Notes under the pieces: model-generated
Database searches by the model: none
The model's input: the letters and a program-made list of their open reading frames with translations, nothing else
Told to the model about the DNA's origin: nothing
Sequence record: SRR20825006_1019
Reading direction: 5' to 3' (one strand)
DNA length: 47,665 bases
Shown here: piece by piece, positions 29,997 to 39,848 of the stretch
Position numbering within the stretch: the first letter of the stretch is position 1
Layout: every line of letters begins with the position of its first letter
Translations under genes and position numbers: made by a program

Positions 29997-31066
29997 CCTT
30001 TGCATGGCCTCACGCATTTTGGTTGCTAATGTTGATTCCACTGATGGCATGGTGGATGTGGCGTCGCCGAGGCACGGCCTCCATCGCATTCAGTTCGGTT
30101 GCCGCGGTTGATGAACTTCCACCCAGTTTGCGGCAACGTTGGATGTGGTTGCCAAAAGCATTGACGCTGATTGCGTTTGCATTGTTGGTCCTTGCGCTAG
30201 CACGACCACGCGAAGGACGCGAACAGACGGTCTCGCAAACTGAAGGGATCGCCATCGAAATGGTGATTGACCGTAGCGGCAGCATGCAAGCGATGGACTT
30301 CAATATCGACGGCGAGCCCGTTGACCGATTGACCGCGGTGAAGAACGTGGCCAGCAAATTCATCACCGGTGGCGAGGATCTGGAGGGGCGTTTCAGTGAC
30401 CTGGTCGGTCTGATCACCTTCGCGGCGTATGCCGATGCAGAAACGCCGCCGACGCTGGACCATTCGTTTGTGGTGTCACGATTGAACCAAACGGAGATCG
30501 TCAGTCGGAGGGATGAAGACGGAACCGCAATCGGAGACGCGATCGCATTGTCGGTCGAGAAACTGAACGCCTTGGATGCGAGGCAGGAAAGAAAGGTGCA
30601 AAGCAAAATCTTGATTTTGCTGACCGACGGAGAAAACACCGCCGGGGAGTTGGATCCGGTTCAAGCGGCCGAACTGGCTGAGACGTTGGGAATCAAAATC
30701 TATGCGATTGGTGTTGGCACAACGGGGAAGGCTCCTGTGCCGGTCCGCGACCCGTTCACTGGTCGTCAGCGTTTGCATTACATGGAGGTGAATATCGACG
30801 AAGCGACATTGCAGAAGGTGGCGGAGATTACCGGCGGAAAGTATTTCCGTGCGACCGACACGGATTCGCTTGATGCAATCTATCGCGAAATTGATCAACT
30901 GGAAAAAACGGAAGTCGAAACCCAGCAGTATGTCAGCTATCGAGAGCTGGCCGTTCAGTCTTGGTATTGGCGTTCGTTCACTGTTCCACCTGTCGTTGCG
31001 ATGGCGTTTGTTGTCTTGATCCTCCGTTCGCTATTGGAACACCTTTGGCTGAGGGAGTTGGTGTGA
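29993..31066 (+). CDS. batA: BatA-like VWA domain protein
   Basis: FAWPHAFWLL..., LALARP, MIDAS DRSGSM, DGTAIGDAI, LLTDGEN and TGGKYFRA. Confidence 0.88.
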   Translation: MTFAWPHAFWLLMLIPLMAWWMWRRRGTASIAFSSVAAVDELPPSLRQRWMWLPKALTLIAFALLVLALARPREGREQTVSQTEGIAIEMVIDRSGSMQAMDFNIDGEPVDRLTAVKNVASKFITGGEDLEGRFSDLVGLITFAAYADAETPPTLDHSFVVSRLNQTEIVSRRDEDGTAIGDAIALSVEKLNALDARQERKVQSKILILLTDGENTAGELDPVQAAELAETLGIKIYAIGVGTTGKAPVPVRDPFTGRQRLHYMEVNIDEATLQKVAEITGGKYFRATDTDSLDAIYREIDQLEKTEVETQQYVSYRELAVQSWYWRSFTVPPVVAMAFVVLILRSLLEHLWLRELV

Positions 31067-31068
31067 AT

Positions 31069-33204
31069 ATGTCCGACATTCAATGGGGGAATCCCGAGGC
31101 ACTTGCGTGGCTGATCGTCGTTGTGGGCATTGCGTTGTTGATCGGCTATGCCGGCATTACGCGGCGGATCGCTTGGAGACGCTTTCTTGGAACGGGCCTG
31201 GCAAACCGGTCCGCGAATCCATCGAGATGGAATCGTCCCGTTCGTTCATTCCTATTGTTGGCGGCGTTGGTGTCGATGGTTGGTGCATTGTCCGATCTGC
31301 GTTGGGGCAAGGCATGGGAAGAAGTTCCCCAGCGTGGAATCGAAGCGGTTTTTGTGCTGGATGTTTCTCGCAGCATGTTGGCGGAAGACGTTTCGCCAAA
31401 CCGACTGGGAAGAGCCAAGCAACAAATCAAGGACATGGTCGATGAGATGCCGGGCGACCGAGTTGGGTTGGTGGTCTTTGCAGGCGAGACGCGGCAAACG
31501 CTGCCGCTGACTCGGCATGTGGAAGATTTCAAGCAAACATTGGACTCCGTAGGTATCCACTCGGTGCGTCGAGGCGGTTCGCGTTTGGGCGATGCCATTC
31601 GAGTTGCGTCGGATGCTTTTTTGGACAAAACCACCGACCACAAAGCCATGGTGATTTTGACCGATGGTGAGGATCAAGAGAGCGATCCGGTGTCCGAAGC
31701 CAAACGGGCTTACGAAGAACAAGGCATTCGGATCTTTACAATCGGTTTGGGCGACATGGATGAAGGCTCGCGAATTCCGAATGTGGATCCTGAATTGCCT
31801 CGTCGGCAGAGCGGTCGCTATGTGAAGCACAAAGGACAGACGGTGATCTCAAAGATGAACGGAGCCATCTTGAAGGAGGTCGCCACGCAATCCGATGGGG
31901 CCTACATCCCCGCAGGAACCAAGCGAGTGGATATGTCCGATGTTGTTCACGGATACATTTCAAACGTTGACAAAACGGATCTGCAAACGGCCACAATCAA
32001 TACATACATTCCTCGCTTTCATTGGTTCCTCATCCCAGCAATTCTGATGCTGGTTCTCGATGTGCTGCTTCGAGGATGGCCTGACAAACAATCCGTTGCG
32101 GAGGATGACGTACCCGTTCGTTCCATCGAACCTCTTCCCAAGAAAGTCGCGAAAGTGGCTTTGGTTCTGCTGGCGGGAACACTGAACTGGGGTGGTGTGA
32201 TACATGCTCAGGACGATTGGCGATCACGTGTTGGGACGATAACGCCGGTCGATCGCACCGGTCGCGAACAGTTCAACGAAGGCGTGGAGCACTTCGAGTC
32301 GCGAGAGTTGGAAGCGGCCGAACGAATTTTCGCGGATGCGGCGAGTTCGCTCGACACGGCTCTCGCCTTGCGGGCTCGTTACAACTTGGGGAATTGTCAG
32401 TACTTGCAAGCGTTGGCGGGTATGCAGCTTGAGCCGGCTGCTGCAAAGGAGGCATTGGATGCTGCGATTGCGAATTATCGATCCGCGATTCAGGTGGCTC
32501 GATCCATGGATGATGCTGCGAAGTCAAGCGAAGATTCGGTAAGTGACGTGGTGCGGCGAGCTCGCACGAATCTGGAATTGGCGTTGCGGTTGAAGCAGGA
32601 AATGGAGCGGCAGGAGGAATCGCAATCGGCACAGTCGGAGGACGAATCTTCCAAGGATGAGGCCAAACCCTCAGAAAACAACTCGTCCGAAAATCAACAG
32701 GATCAAAACGGAGAAGAACAATCGGCTTCGGGTGACCAAAACGAAAGTGAATCCGCGAGCGATGGAGGCGAGTCGCAAGAGAATGATTCGCAGGAATCTT
32801 CCGCTGGCGAGCAGCAAGAGGTCCAGCAGCAAAACGGCGACGACGGCAACGAGAGTGAGTCGGCAGAATCCGAACAAGCTCCTGCCCAATCCGGAGATGA
32901 CCCAAATCAGATGCCGGAAGAGGATTCACCGCAGAACGAGTCTGCTGATGGTGAAACATCAGCAGACGATTCCAATGGAGCGACTCCCGAAGGTCAGTTG
33001 CAATCTCAATCGGAAGGAACTGACGAATCTGAGTTCCAGGAAGGAGAAAAAAATGCGATGACACAACAATTGATGCAGCAATCGATGACTCGCGAGGAGG
33101 CTTTGAAGATGCTGCAGGCCGTTCGGGACCGAGACATGCTGCGACGTTTCGGAAGAGAACAACGCGAACGATCACGACAGATTCCAGTGGAAAGAGATTG
33201 GTGA
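31069..33204 (+). CDS. batB: BatB-like VWA domain fused to BatC-like TPR and acidic low-complexity region
   Basis: LDVSRSMLAEDVSPNRL and ILTDGED; TPR YNLGNCQY; S/E/Q/D-rich tract; C-terminal VERDW. Alternative GTG at 31063. Confidence 0.85.
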   Translation: MSDIQWGNPEALAWLIVVVGIALLIGYAGITRRIAWRRFLGTGLANRSANPSRWNRPVRSFLLLAALVSMVGALSDLRWGKAWEEVPQRGIEAVFVLDVSRSMLAEDVSPNRLGRAKQQIKDMVDEMPGDRVGLVVFAGETRQTLPLTRHVEDFKQTLDSVGIHSVRRGGSRLGDAIRVASDAFLDKTTDHKAMVILTDGEDQESDPVSEAKRAYEEQGIRIFTIGLGDMDEGSRIPNVDPELPRRQSGRYVKHKGQTVISKMNGAILKEVATQSDGAYIPAGTKRVDMSDVVHGYISNVDKTDLQTATINTYIPRFHWFLIPAILMLVLDVLLRGWPDKQSVAEDDVPVRSIEPLPKKVAKVALVLLAGTLNWGGVIHAQDDWRSRVGTITPVDRTGREQFNEGVEHFESRELEAAERIFADAASSLDTALALRARYNLGNCQYLQALAGMQLEPAAAKEALDAAIANYRSAIQVARSMDDAAKSSEDSVSDVVRRARTNLELALRLKQEMERQEESQSAQSEDESSKDEAKPSENNSSENQQDQNGEEQSASGDQNESESASDGGESQENDSQESSAGEQQEVQQQNGDDGNESESAESEQAPAQSGDDPNQMPEEDSPQNESADGETSADDSNGATPEGQLQSQSEGTDESEFQEGEKNAMTQQLMQQSMTREEALKMLQAVRDRDMLRRFGREQRERSRQIPVERDW

Positions 33205-36089
33205 GGTCGATCATGCAATCCATTGAATGTGCGAAGTTAAATTGGCAATGTGCAAGCTCCGTTGTCCGACTGATATTGGTGTTGATGTCCGGCGGTTTGT
33301 TCGCGTGTGCTGGCGTGGCGGACGCGGCTGACGTGACGGCGAAATTGTCGTCCAAAGAAGCGTATGTGGGTGCCTCCTTGACCCTGCAGATCCAAATTCA
33401 AAACGCGGAAAAGTATGAGCTTCCGGAACTGCCAATTGTCGAAGGTGTCGAAATTGTTCGCGAAGGGGCACCTCAACAAAGTAGGAAAGTAACGGTCGTC
33501 GACGGGCGAATGACGCAGGAACAAAGCGTTACGTTTCTCTATCGGGTGACGCCGACCGAAGCGGGGTCTTTTGAAATACCAACGATGAATATTCGGGCTG
33601 ATGGCCATGTGTATCGGACCGAACCGATGACGTTCGTTGCCACGACGAGCGAAACTGGCGATCTGCTGTTTGTAGAGATCGAAGGCGAAGAAAGATCGGT
33701 GTACGTCGGTGAACCCATTCGATTGACGCTCAAAATTTGGCTTCGACCGTATCGGATGATGGACCAGGAATTGACGCTATCGGACGGCGACATGTGGTCC
33801 ATGCGTTCTTCTCAAACCGAGTGGGGCGAATTCACGAAGGCGTTGGAAGAAATGCGGGGGATGAACCAACGTCCTGGTGGAAGGTCAGTTCTGCGTGAAG
33901 ATCAAAACGGTCAATCTCGTGAATACTATTTGTATGAGGTTGATGCGGAGATTTATCCGAAGAAGCCAGGAAAGGTTGACGCGGGCGGTGTCGAAATCGT
34001 CTTCAACTATCCCACCGAAATCGGCCCGGCATCGAGACGAAATCCACTTGGGATGGGATCGATGTTTGACGACGATTTCTTTCGCTCTCCATTTGGGCGA
34101 CCGCGGTTTGCAGTGAAAAAGTCTCGGCCGATACGAGCGCAAGCTGAGATTGATTCAATTGATGTTTTGCCCATTCCCACAGAAGGTCGACCGGATGGAT
34201 ACAACGGCGCAGTTGGCGAATACACCATCGTCACTCAAGCGACCCCGCAGTCGGTTGAGGCCGGTGACGCGGTCAAGTTGAAGATCGGAATCACCGGAGA
34301 CGGGCCGATGGAGTTGGTGCGATGCCCTCCGTTGTCGACTATGTCGGAATTGACAGCAGATTTCAAAGTCTCCGATCAACCGCTGCCTGGTTTCGTTCAA
34401 GACAACATGAAGGTGTTCGCTCCAACGATTCGGCCTAAGCACGAAGGTGTCACTGAGATTCCGCCGATCGAGTTTCATTTCTTCAACCCGGAAACGGAAT
34501 CGTTCGAAGTTGTCCGAAGTAAACCGATTCCGCTGCAAGTGCGAGCGTCGGAAACACTCCAGTTGAATTCCATCGTTTCCAATGGTGATCGTTCCGTTGA
34601 TCAAGACTCTCCGAACGGGGCAGGGCAGGGCGGTCAGGAGGCCAAGGATTCCTGGGCGGCTTCGCTCTGGGAAATTCACACGTCCTCGGATGCTCTTGAG
34701 AATGTTCCGGTCCGGAAATCCCTTTCGAGTTGGTGGTTGCTGACCGTGTTGCCGGGGTTGGTTTGGCTTGGTTTGGTTGTTTGGCAGAGTCGTGGCCGCT
34801 GGATGACTTGGTTGCCTGAGTGGAAGTCACCCGCGCAAAAAGCCGTGCTCGCAATGCAACAAGCGGACGACGAGTTCGCGATTGGGCAGGCCATGGCGAT
34901 GTATTTGCACCGACAGTTTGGAAGCGATGAAGAATCCTCGAGTTGGTTGTCTGGGGTCGGTGGAGTAAGAGCAGCGGGCGGGTATGGATTGGCCGCGGAA
35001 GTGGAATCTTTCTTGGATCGTTGCGAACGGGAAGAGACCGCCATTGCTTCGGAGTCAACAACCACAATCAAGGAAATGCGTTGTCGCGGCATGGCATTGA
35101 TCGAGCAGTTGGAAAGCTTTCGGCAGCAACCGCGACCTTCGCGAAAGTTCCAGGCGAAACCCATTTCTGCTTTGCAGTCACAAAGTGTTGCGAGGATCTT
35201 GGCGTGGGTGCTGGCGGGCGCGTCCTTCGTGTTGGCGGGCAATGCCTTGGCAAGCGAATCGATGAAAGGCATGGCACTGGATCAGCCATCCATGGCGGTG
35301 TTGTTCCAAGAGGCCAATCAGGCCTACGAACGCGGGCTGCAGAGGCTCGAACAGTCTGAATCCGATGCCGCACCCAAGAAGGACTCGGCTGGCAAGGGGG
35401 ATTCGGGGCAGGCGGCTGCCAAGGAGGAATTTTCACTGGCGGCCACTCGCTATCAAGCGTTGGTTGATGCCGGAGTGGAGAACCCGCAGTTGTATGCGAA
35501 CTTGGGCAACGCTTGTCTGCAGTCCGGCCAAATCGGACGAGCGATTGTGGCCTATGAACGAGCGCTGAAGTGGGATCCGGAAAACGATTCCATTCGCACT
35601 CGATTGTGGTTGGCTCGTGATCAAGTCAACGAGTCAACGGATCTTGCGTTGTCATGGATGTGGCAAGCACAGCGAGCGATTGCCCCGGTGTTGTTCCGTC
35701 ATTGGGGTTCGAGTCATCTGCGGTGGAGCATCGTTGTTTTCGCGTTGATCTTCTGGGCCATTTTGATCTTGCTTCGGCTCCGAACACTGGCACCCGAAAC
35801 ACGTCGCATGGCACGTTCGGCCGCGTCTTTTTTCGCGGTGCTGGCTGTGTTCGGCGGCGTCATGTGGTGGCTGGCAATCACCGGGGTTTCGAAAGAATCC
35901 ACCGGTTACATTGTCGTCGATCAGGTCATCGTTCGAACCGGCGATGCGGAGTCTTTCCCAGCACTCGTGGAGTGGAGCGAGGCGGATGGTCGAGCCGTCG
36001 AGATCGCTCAATCACGAGGCGATTGGATCCTCATTCGCACCCCGTCCGCGACAGGTTGGGTTCCTGCGGACACAATCGAGAGCGCGTGA
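33201..36089 (+). CDS. batD: BatD-like protein fused to BatE-like TPR + SH3 region
   Basis: Ig-like BatD repeats (YNGAVGEY, FHFFNP), TM segments, TPR LYANLGNA...GRAIVAYERAL and C-terminal SH3-like DWILIR...GWVP; GTGA overlap with batB. Confidence 0.82.
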   Translation: MRSIMQSIECAKLNWQCASSVVRLILVLMSGGLFACAGVADAADVTAKLSSKEAYVGASLTLQIQIQNAEKYELPELPIVEGVEIVREGAPQQSRKVTVVDGRMTQEQSVTFLYRVTPTEAGSFEIPTMNIRADGHVYRTEPMTFVATTSETGDLLFVEIEGEERSVYVGEPIRLTLKIWLRPYRMMDQELTLSDGDMWSMRSSQTEWGEFTKALEEMRGMNQRPGGRSVLREDQNGQSREYYLYEVDAEIYPKKPGKVDAGGVEIVFNYPTEIGPASRRNPLGMGSMFDDDFFRSPFGRPRFAVKKSRPIRAQAEIDSIDVLPIPTEGRPDGYNGAVGEYTIVTQATPQSVEAGDAVKLKIGITGDGPMELVRCPPLSTMSELTADFKVSDQPLPGFVQDNMKVFAPTIRPKHEGVTEIPPIEFHFFNPETESFEVVRSKPIPLQVRASETLQLNSIVSNGDRSVDQDSPNGAGQGGQEAKDSWAASLWEIHTSSDALENVPVRKSLSSWWLLTVLPGLVWLGLVVWQSRGRWMTWLPEWKSPAQKAVLAMQQADDEFAIGQAMAMYLHRQFGSDEESSSWLSGVGGVRAAGGYGLAAEVESFLDRCEREETAIASESTTTIKEMRCRGMALIEQLESFRQQPRPSRKFQAKPISALQSQSVARILAWVLAGASFVLAGNALASESMKGMALDQPSMAVLFQEANQAYERGLQRLEQSESDAAPKKDSAGKGDSGQAAAKEEFSLAATRYQALVDAGVENPQLYANLGNACLQSGQIGRAIVAYERALKWDPENDSIRTRLWLARDQVNESTDLALSWMWQAQRAIAPVLFRHWGSSHLRWSIVVFALIFWAILILLRLRTLAPETRRMARSAASFFAVLAVFGGVMWWLAITGVSKESTGYIVVDQVIVRTGDAESFPALVEWSEADGRAVEIAQSRGDWILIRTPSATGWVPADTIESA

Positions 36090-36467
36090 GAGGATTGTAG
36101 TTCGAGGACAGTCCAAGAGGCATCAATGGCTCGTCCTTTTTGACTTGAGAGAAGTGGCGTTTCTTCATCGCGAGCCCTGGGATTGAGCTGGACACTTGGG
36201 CTGCTCAAGCGTTTGCAAGCCACGCCACAAAACTCCCATGTACAGCTTGGCCGTTTAACGGGGGGCGTATGCCGCAAGAGAATGTTGCCGGTGCAATGAC
36301 TGACGTTGTCCGCGTTGTCATGTGGTCGGGTCTTTAAGAACCTTGAGTGCGTTGAGGACACTGCTAATTTTGCAGGAACAAGGAATCGTCCAAGAACATT
36401 TGCCAGCAGGATACTGATGCGTCACGCTAACCAATTGCTCGTTCAACACACGTCAAGAGCCAAGTCT

Positions 36468-38426
36468 ATGCCGTTGCGATATGCCAGCCTTTTGGTTTTT
36501 GCTGCATGGAGCATCTTCATGATCGCCGACACGAATGCGGCTGAGGACCCGGTTCAAGTGCGCGGCGACATGTTCGAGGTGCAAGAGGACAATGTCCGAG
36601 CGATGGTGCATTTCGGCAAGATGAACGTCGGGGCAAGGCGAAATTTCAAGATCAAGATTCAGAACTCACTTGGGTACCAATTGCGTCTTGGTGAAGCAGA
36701 CTCCTCTGGACTCGTCAAGGTTATTTCAACCGACTCAGCAGTAGAAATGGGGGCGGATCTGGAAATGGAGGTGACCTTTGAAACACCATCCTCTCCCAAA
36801 TCAACCTCGTATTCGCAATCCATCCGGTTTGGAGACAAATCCGACGGGAAGCAGTTGTTGCAGATCACGCTGAGTTGCGAACTGACCGGAGTGTTGGCTC
36901 TACCACAACCAAGGCATTTCTTGTCCGTGAGAGAAGCGGGGAAAGGGAATGACGTCCTCTCAATGCCGTTGGTGATCAGCGATCCGGTCCGCCCGGAAAA
37001 CCTGACGGTTTCCATGAGTGATTCCATGTCAGGCGTCCTGGCGACGATCAAGTCGTCGGAGGACAACGATTTCGAACTTGAGTTTGTGGTCCCATCAGGA
37101 ATCGTTCCCGATGAAGGAATTGGCGGTGCCTTCTTCGTCACGGACGCTGTTACCAAACAAAAGGTAAACGGCTACATCAATATCGTGAAGGATGCGGCAG
37201 TGAAGGTTGTGCCGCATGCGATTCAGTTTGTTCCCGACGGAGAAGGGTTCGCAAGGGCAAGTGCGATGATCCTTTTCTCAGACCGCTCGGGCGAGAGTAA
37301 CAATCTAGCAATTGTCGATGCCGCAATTGGTGATTGGCCAGTCGAGTTGTCAACGAAATCAATCGGCAAACATGCAGCGAGAATATCGCTCAAGTTTCCC
37401 GAGGAGAAATTGGCAGACATCGCTGAAACGGAACGGACAATCAATTGGGTGATCCGTTCGGATCGTGGGGTGGGGCATTCCGCTTCGATTCTTACCGAAG
37501 ACCTGGCTGGGCGGCCCGAGCGGTCTTCTATGCAAGGGGCTAGCTTTTTTGAAGCACTCATGGCCAATCACGAAGCGATCCAAGAGTTCGATGTTGGCAT
37601 CTACATGAAGCAGTCAAGCGAATTGGCTGGCGGTGCGATTTCAACTTTGACTCGCCGGACTCGGTTGCAGCGGAGTTCGCAAAATGGCGAAATCATGGTT
37701 TGCAATGATTTGTTGTTCGACGTGGTGGATGACGACGGGAACCAGGTCAGTGATCTCAAAACGGAGCTACATTGGTTGCACGACGGCGATCAGGTCACGT
37801 CAGTTGGCGAGAACGGAATCAAGAGTTTTCGTGTTCATGACCCCGAGGCTTTCTCTTTGCGAAACGGTGTCCCACGTTTTGAAACACTTGGCGTTTTTAC
37901 GTTCCCTGACACTTTGAATATCAAAGGGGCGGAGTTGCAGTTCTGGAAGTCATTGCGGATCCCAAGTGTCGTGAAACGCACGGATCTAGGAGCGAAGCAG
38001 ACGAAGGTGGTTGTCAACCTTCCGTCCGTGAACGGTGAGTCCACCGATTTTACCTGGATGTTTGACAATTCAACTCAAATGCCGTCAAGCCGCTCCGCAA
38101 TCCTTCACATGCAAAATGGGGAGGACTTGAGAAAGGTGGCGTCGAAATTTCGATGGATTGAGAAAGAGGGCATTTGGCTGCCTAGCTATGTGAGCCGCGC
38201 TGAGGTGACTTCGTCGAGCTATGAGCAAGGGGATCCGCTTCACCTCATGCAATACACCGATTGCTGGATCACTTGGTTTGCTGTGGAGACTGAGAAGCCG
38301 CTTTCTGAGGCGCCGTTTTTCGATCCTGAAAAGTTGTCGACGATGGAGCAATTGAAGGAGTTTCTCGATCCCGTGAAATCGATGGCGGACTCGGAGGAGC
38401 GTGGGTTGCAAGACACATCGAACTGA
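36468..38426 (+). CDS. Secreted hypothetical protein (DUF1573-like Ig domains + unknown C-terminal domain)
   Basis: Signal peptide MPLRYASLLVFAAWSIF...NA-AE; VHFGKM...FKIKIQNS..L pattern resembles DUF1573. Start uncertain (ORF track 36306). Confidence 0.65.
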   Translation: MPLRYASLLVFAAWSIFMIADTNAAEDPVQVRGDMFEVQEDNVRAMVHFGKMNVGARRNFKIKIQNSLGYQLRLGEADSSGLVKVISTDSAVEMGADLEMEVTFETPSSPKSTSYSQSIRFGDKSDGKQLLQITLSCELTGVLALPQPRHFLSVREAGKGNDVLSMPLVISDPVRPENLTVSMSDSMSGVLATIKSSEDNDFELEFVVPSGIVPDEGIGGAFFVTDAVTKQKVNGYINIVKDAAVKVVPHAIQFVPDGEGFARASAMILFSDRSGESNNLAIVDAAIGDWPVELSTKSIGKHAARISLKFPEEKLADIAETERTINWVIRSDRGVGHSASILTEDLAGRPERSSMQGASFFEALMANHEAIQEFDVGIYMKQSSELAGGAISTLTRRTRLQRSSQNGEIMVCNDLLFDVVDDDGNQVSDLKTELHWLHDGDQVTSVGENGIKSFRVHDPEAFSLRNGVPRFETLGVFTFPDTLNIKGAELQFWKSLRIPSVVKRTDLGAKQTKVVVNLPSVNGESTDFTWMFDNSTQMPSSRSAILHMQNGEDLRKVASKFRWIEKEGIWLPSYVSRAEVTSSSYEQGDPLHLMQYTDCWITWFAVETEKPLSEAPFFDPEKLSTMEQLKEFLDPVKSMADSEERGLQDTSN

Positions 38427-38560
38427 TGCTCATCCGTGCCAGTGAGGTGCTTCGGCCTTTGCCGTGATCGCGTCCTGATTTCACTCGGCGAACAACGCCA
38501 AGGGTGGGTTCGGTACACTGAAGGAAATGAATTTGTTTCCTTGTAGGCGGGGTGGGCCGA

Positions 38561-39652
38561 ATGTCGTCCGAGCGTTTTTGTCTTGGTGTCGCTGTTGTTG
38601 TCTCGCTCGCTTTGGATTTTGGAGCCGCGAGTACTCGCTTGTTCGCGGAAGAGCCCGAGGTGTTGTTCGTCGATGAATTCGATGGGCAACTCAGTGAGCA
38701 ATGGAATCCAGTTCGACCGGATCCAGAACGTTTCTCTCTCAACAGGCATCCCGGTAAACTCACGTTGGTGACACATCACGGAGACATCGTTGGCGATGTC
38801 CGCAAGCGTCGGGCTCCATTGGCAAAGAATCTGTTCCTGATTCCTAACCCCGCAGAAGGTGACGGAGACTTTGTGGTCACAACTTGTGTTGAATCGTTTC
38901 GTCCAACAATGAAATACCAGCAAGCCGGATTGTTGATCTACGATGGTGACGACAATTATTTGAAGTTCGATTTGGAATCGAACGGGAGCACGCCAGGTTT
39001 CAAGCACATCCGAGAGCAGGATGCCTTTCGTCTGTATGATACGGATCCGAAAATCAAACCTGCTGATCGCGTTTGGTTTCGGTTGGTCAAGCGTGGGAAC
39101 GTTTACGAACGAGCCTACAGCACAGACGGCAAGAAGTTTGAGGTCTTTGGGGAGGCGGTTTGGGGCGATGGCAGCCCGCTGCAGGTTGGGATTATCGCGT
39201 TCAATGGACCGAGGGAAGCCGATGAGATCGAAGCATCGTTTGATTTTTTTCGTGTTCGAAAGTTGACGCGAGAAGAACGCGACGATCCAGCGTATCTGCA
39301 ACGTCAGAAGATTGCGGGTTCCTGGGATGTGGTGAAGACGAGGGCCAGTGGTGAAGATTTGGTCGAGGGACCGATCTCGGAGTTTCGTTTTGATGGTGGC
39401 GACGTATCATTTGTTATTCAGGGCGAACGTACCGAAGTGGACTTTATGCTGGACATCGAGTCCGAGCCAAACGGTTTCACGATGTCGTCTTTGACCGTTG
39501 GAGCAACGGATCCCGTCCACGGGAACTATGAGCTCAATGAAGACCAGTTGGTTTTGTGTCTGTCCTTGCCACCGGGGACTCCCGCGCCTCAGGAACTTGA
39601 ATCATCACCAGGCGATGGCCGAATTTTGATGACGCTCAAACGTTCCAATTGA
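38561..39652 (+). CDS. Secreted DUF1349/ConA-like + TIGR03067-like domain protein, copy A
   Basis: Signal peptide; YQQAGLLIYDGDDNYLKF and RLVKRGNVYERAYSTDG (ConA-like); IAGSWDVV...GNYELNEDQLVLCL...LMTLKR (TIGR03067-like). Confidence 0.8.
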   Translation: MSSERFCLGVAVVVSLALDFGAASTRLFAEEPEVLFVDEFDGQLSEQWNPVRPDPERFSLNRHPGKLTLVTHHGDIVGDVRKRRAPLAKNLFLIPNPAEGDGDFVVTTCVESFRPTMKYQQAGLLIYDGDDNYLKFDLESNGSTPGFKHIREQDAFRLYDTDPKIKPADRVWFRLVKRGNVYERAYSTDGKKFEVFGEAVWGDGSPLQVGIIAFNGPREADEIEASFDFFRVRKLTREERDDPAYLQRQKIAGSWDVVKTRASGEDLVEGPISEFRFDGGDVSFVIQGERTEVDFMLDIESEPNGFTMSSLTVGATDPVHGNYELNEDQLVLCLSLPPGTPAPQELESSPGDGRILMTLKRSN

Positions 39653-39666
39653 GGAACATTAAGCAA

Positions 39667-39779
39667 GTAGACCGGTGTCATCGGGTATGTGAGCCGCTTG
39701 GCGTTAGCCACGGTTTCCACGCACAACCGGGGCTTACGCCAAGCGGCTCATTCATTTAGATCCAATCATTCCTGCGTAC
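39667..39779. repeat. REP-like long palindromic element
   Basis: 26-bp arms 39690-39715 and 39725-39750 (24/26 complementary) around a 9-nt loop; flanks begin gtag and end cgtac. Confidence 0.75.
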
Positions 39780-39848
39780 CAATGGCGAGGATCAACTTGG
39801 CTATATTGTCGGACGTCGTATTAGTTCCTTTTTGATGGGGTGATTTGA

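Noticed and set aside
32273..33355. 360-aa minus-strand ORF and neighbouring alternative-frame ORFs
   Set aside because: Shadow of the low-complexity region of the BatB/C gene.
38240..39301. 353-aa minus-strand ORF
   Set aside because: Antisense to two well-supported plus-strand genes; no recognisable motifs.
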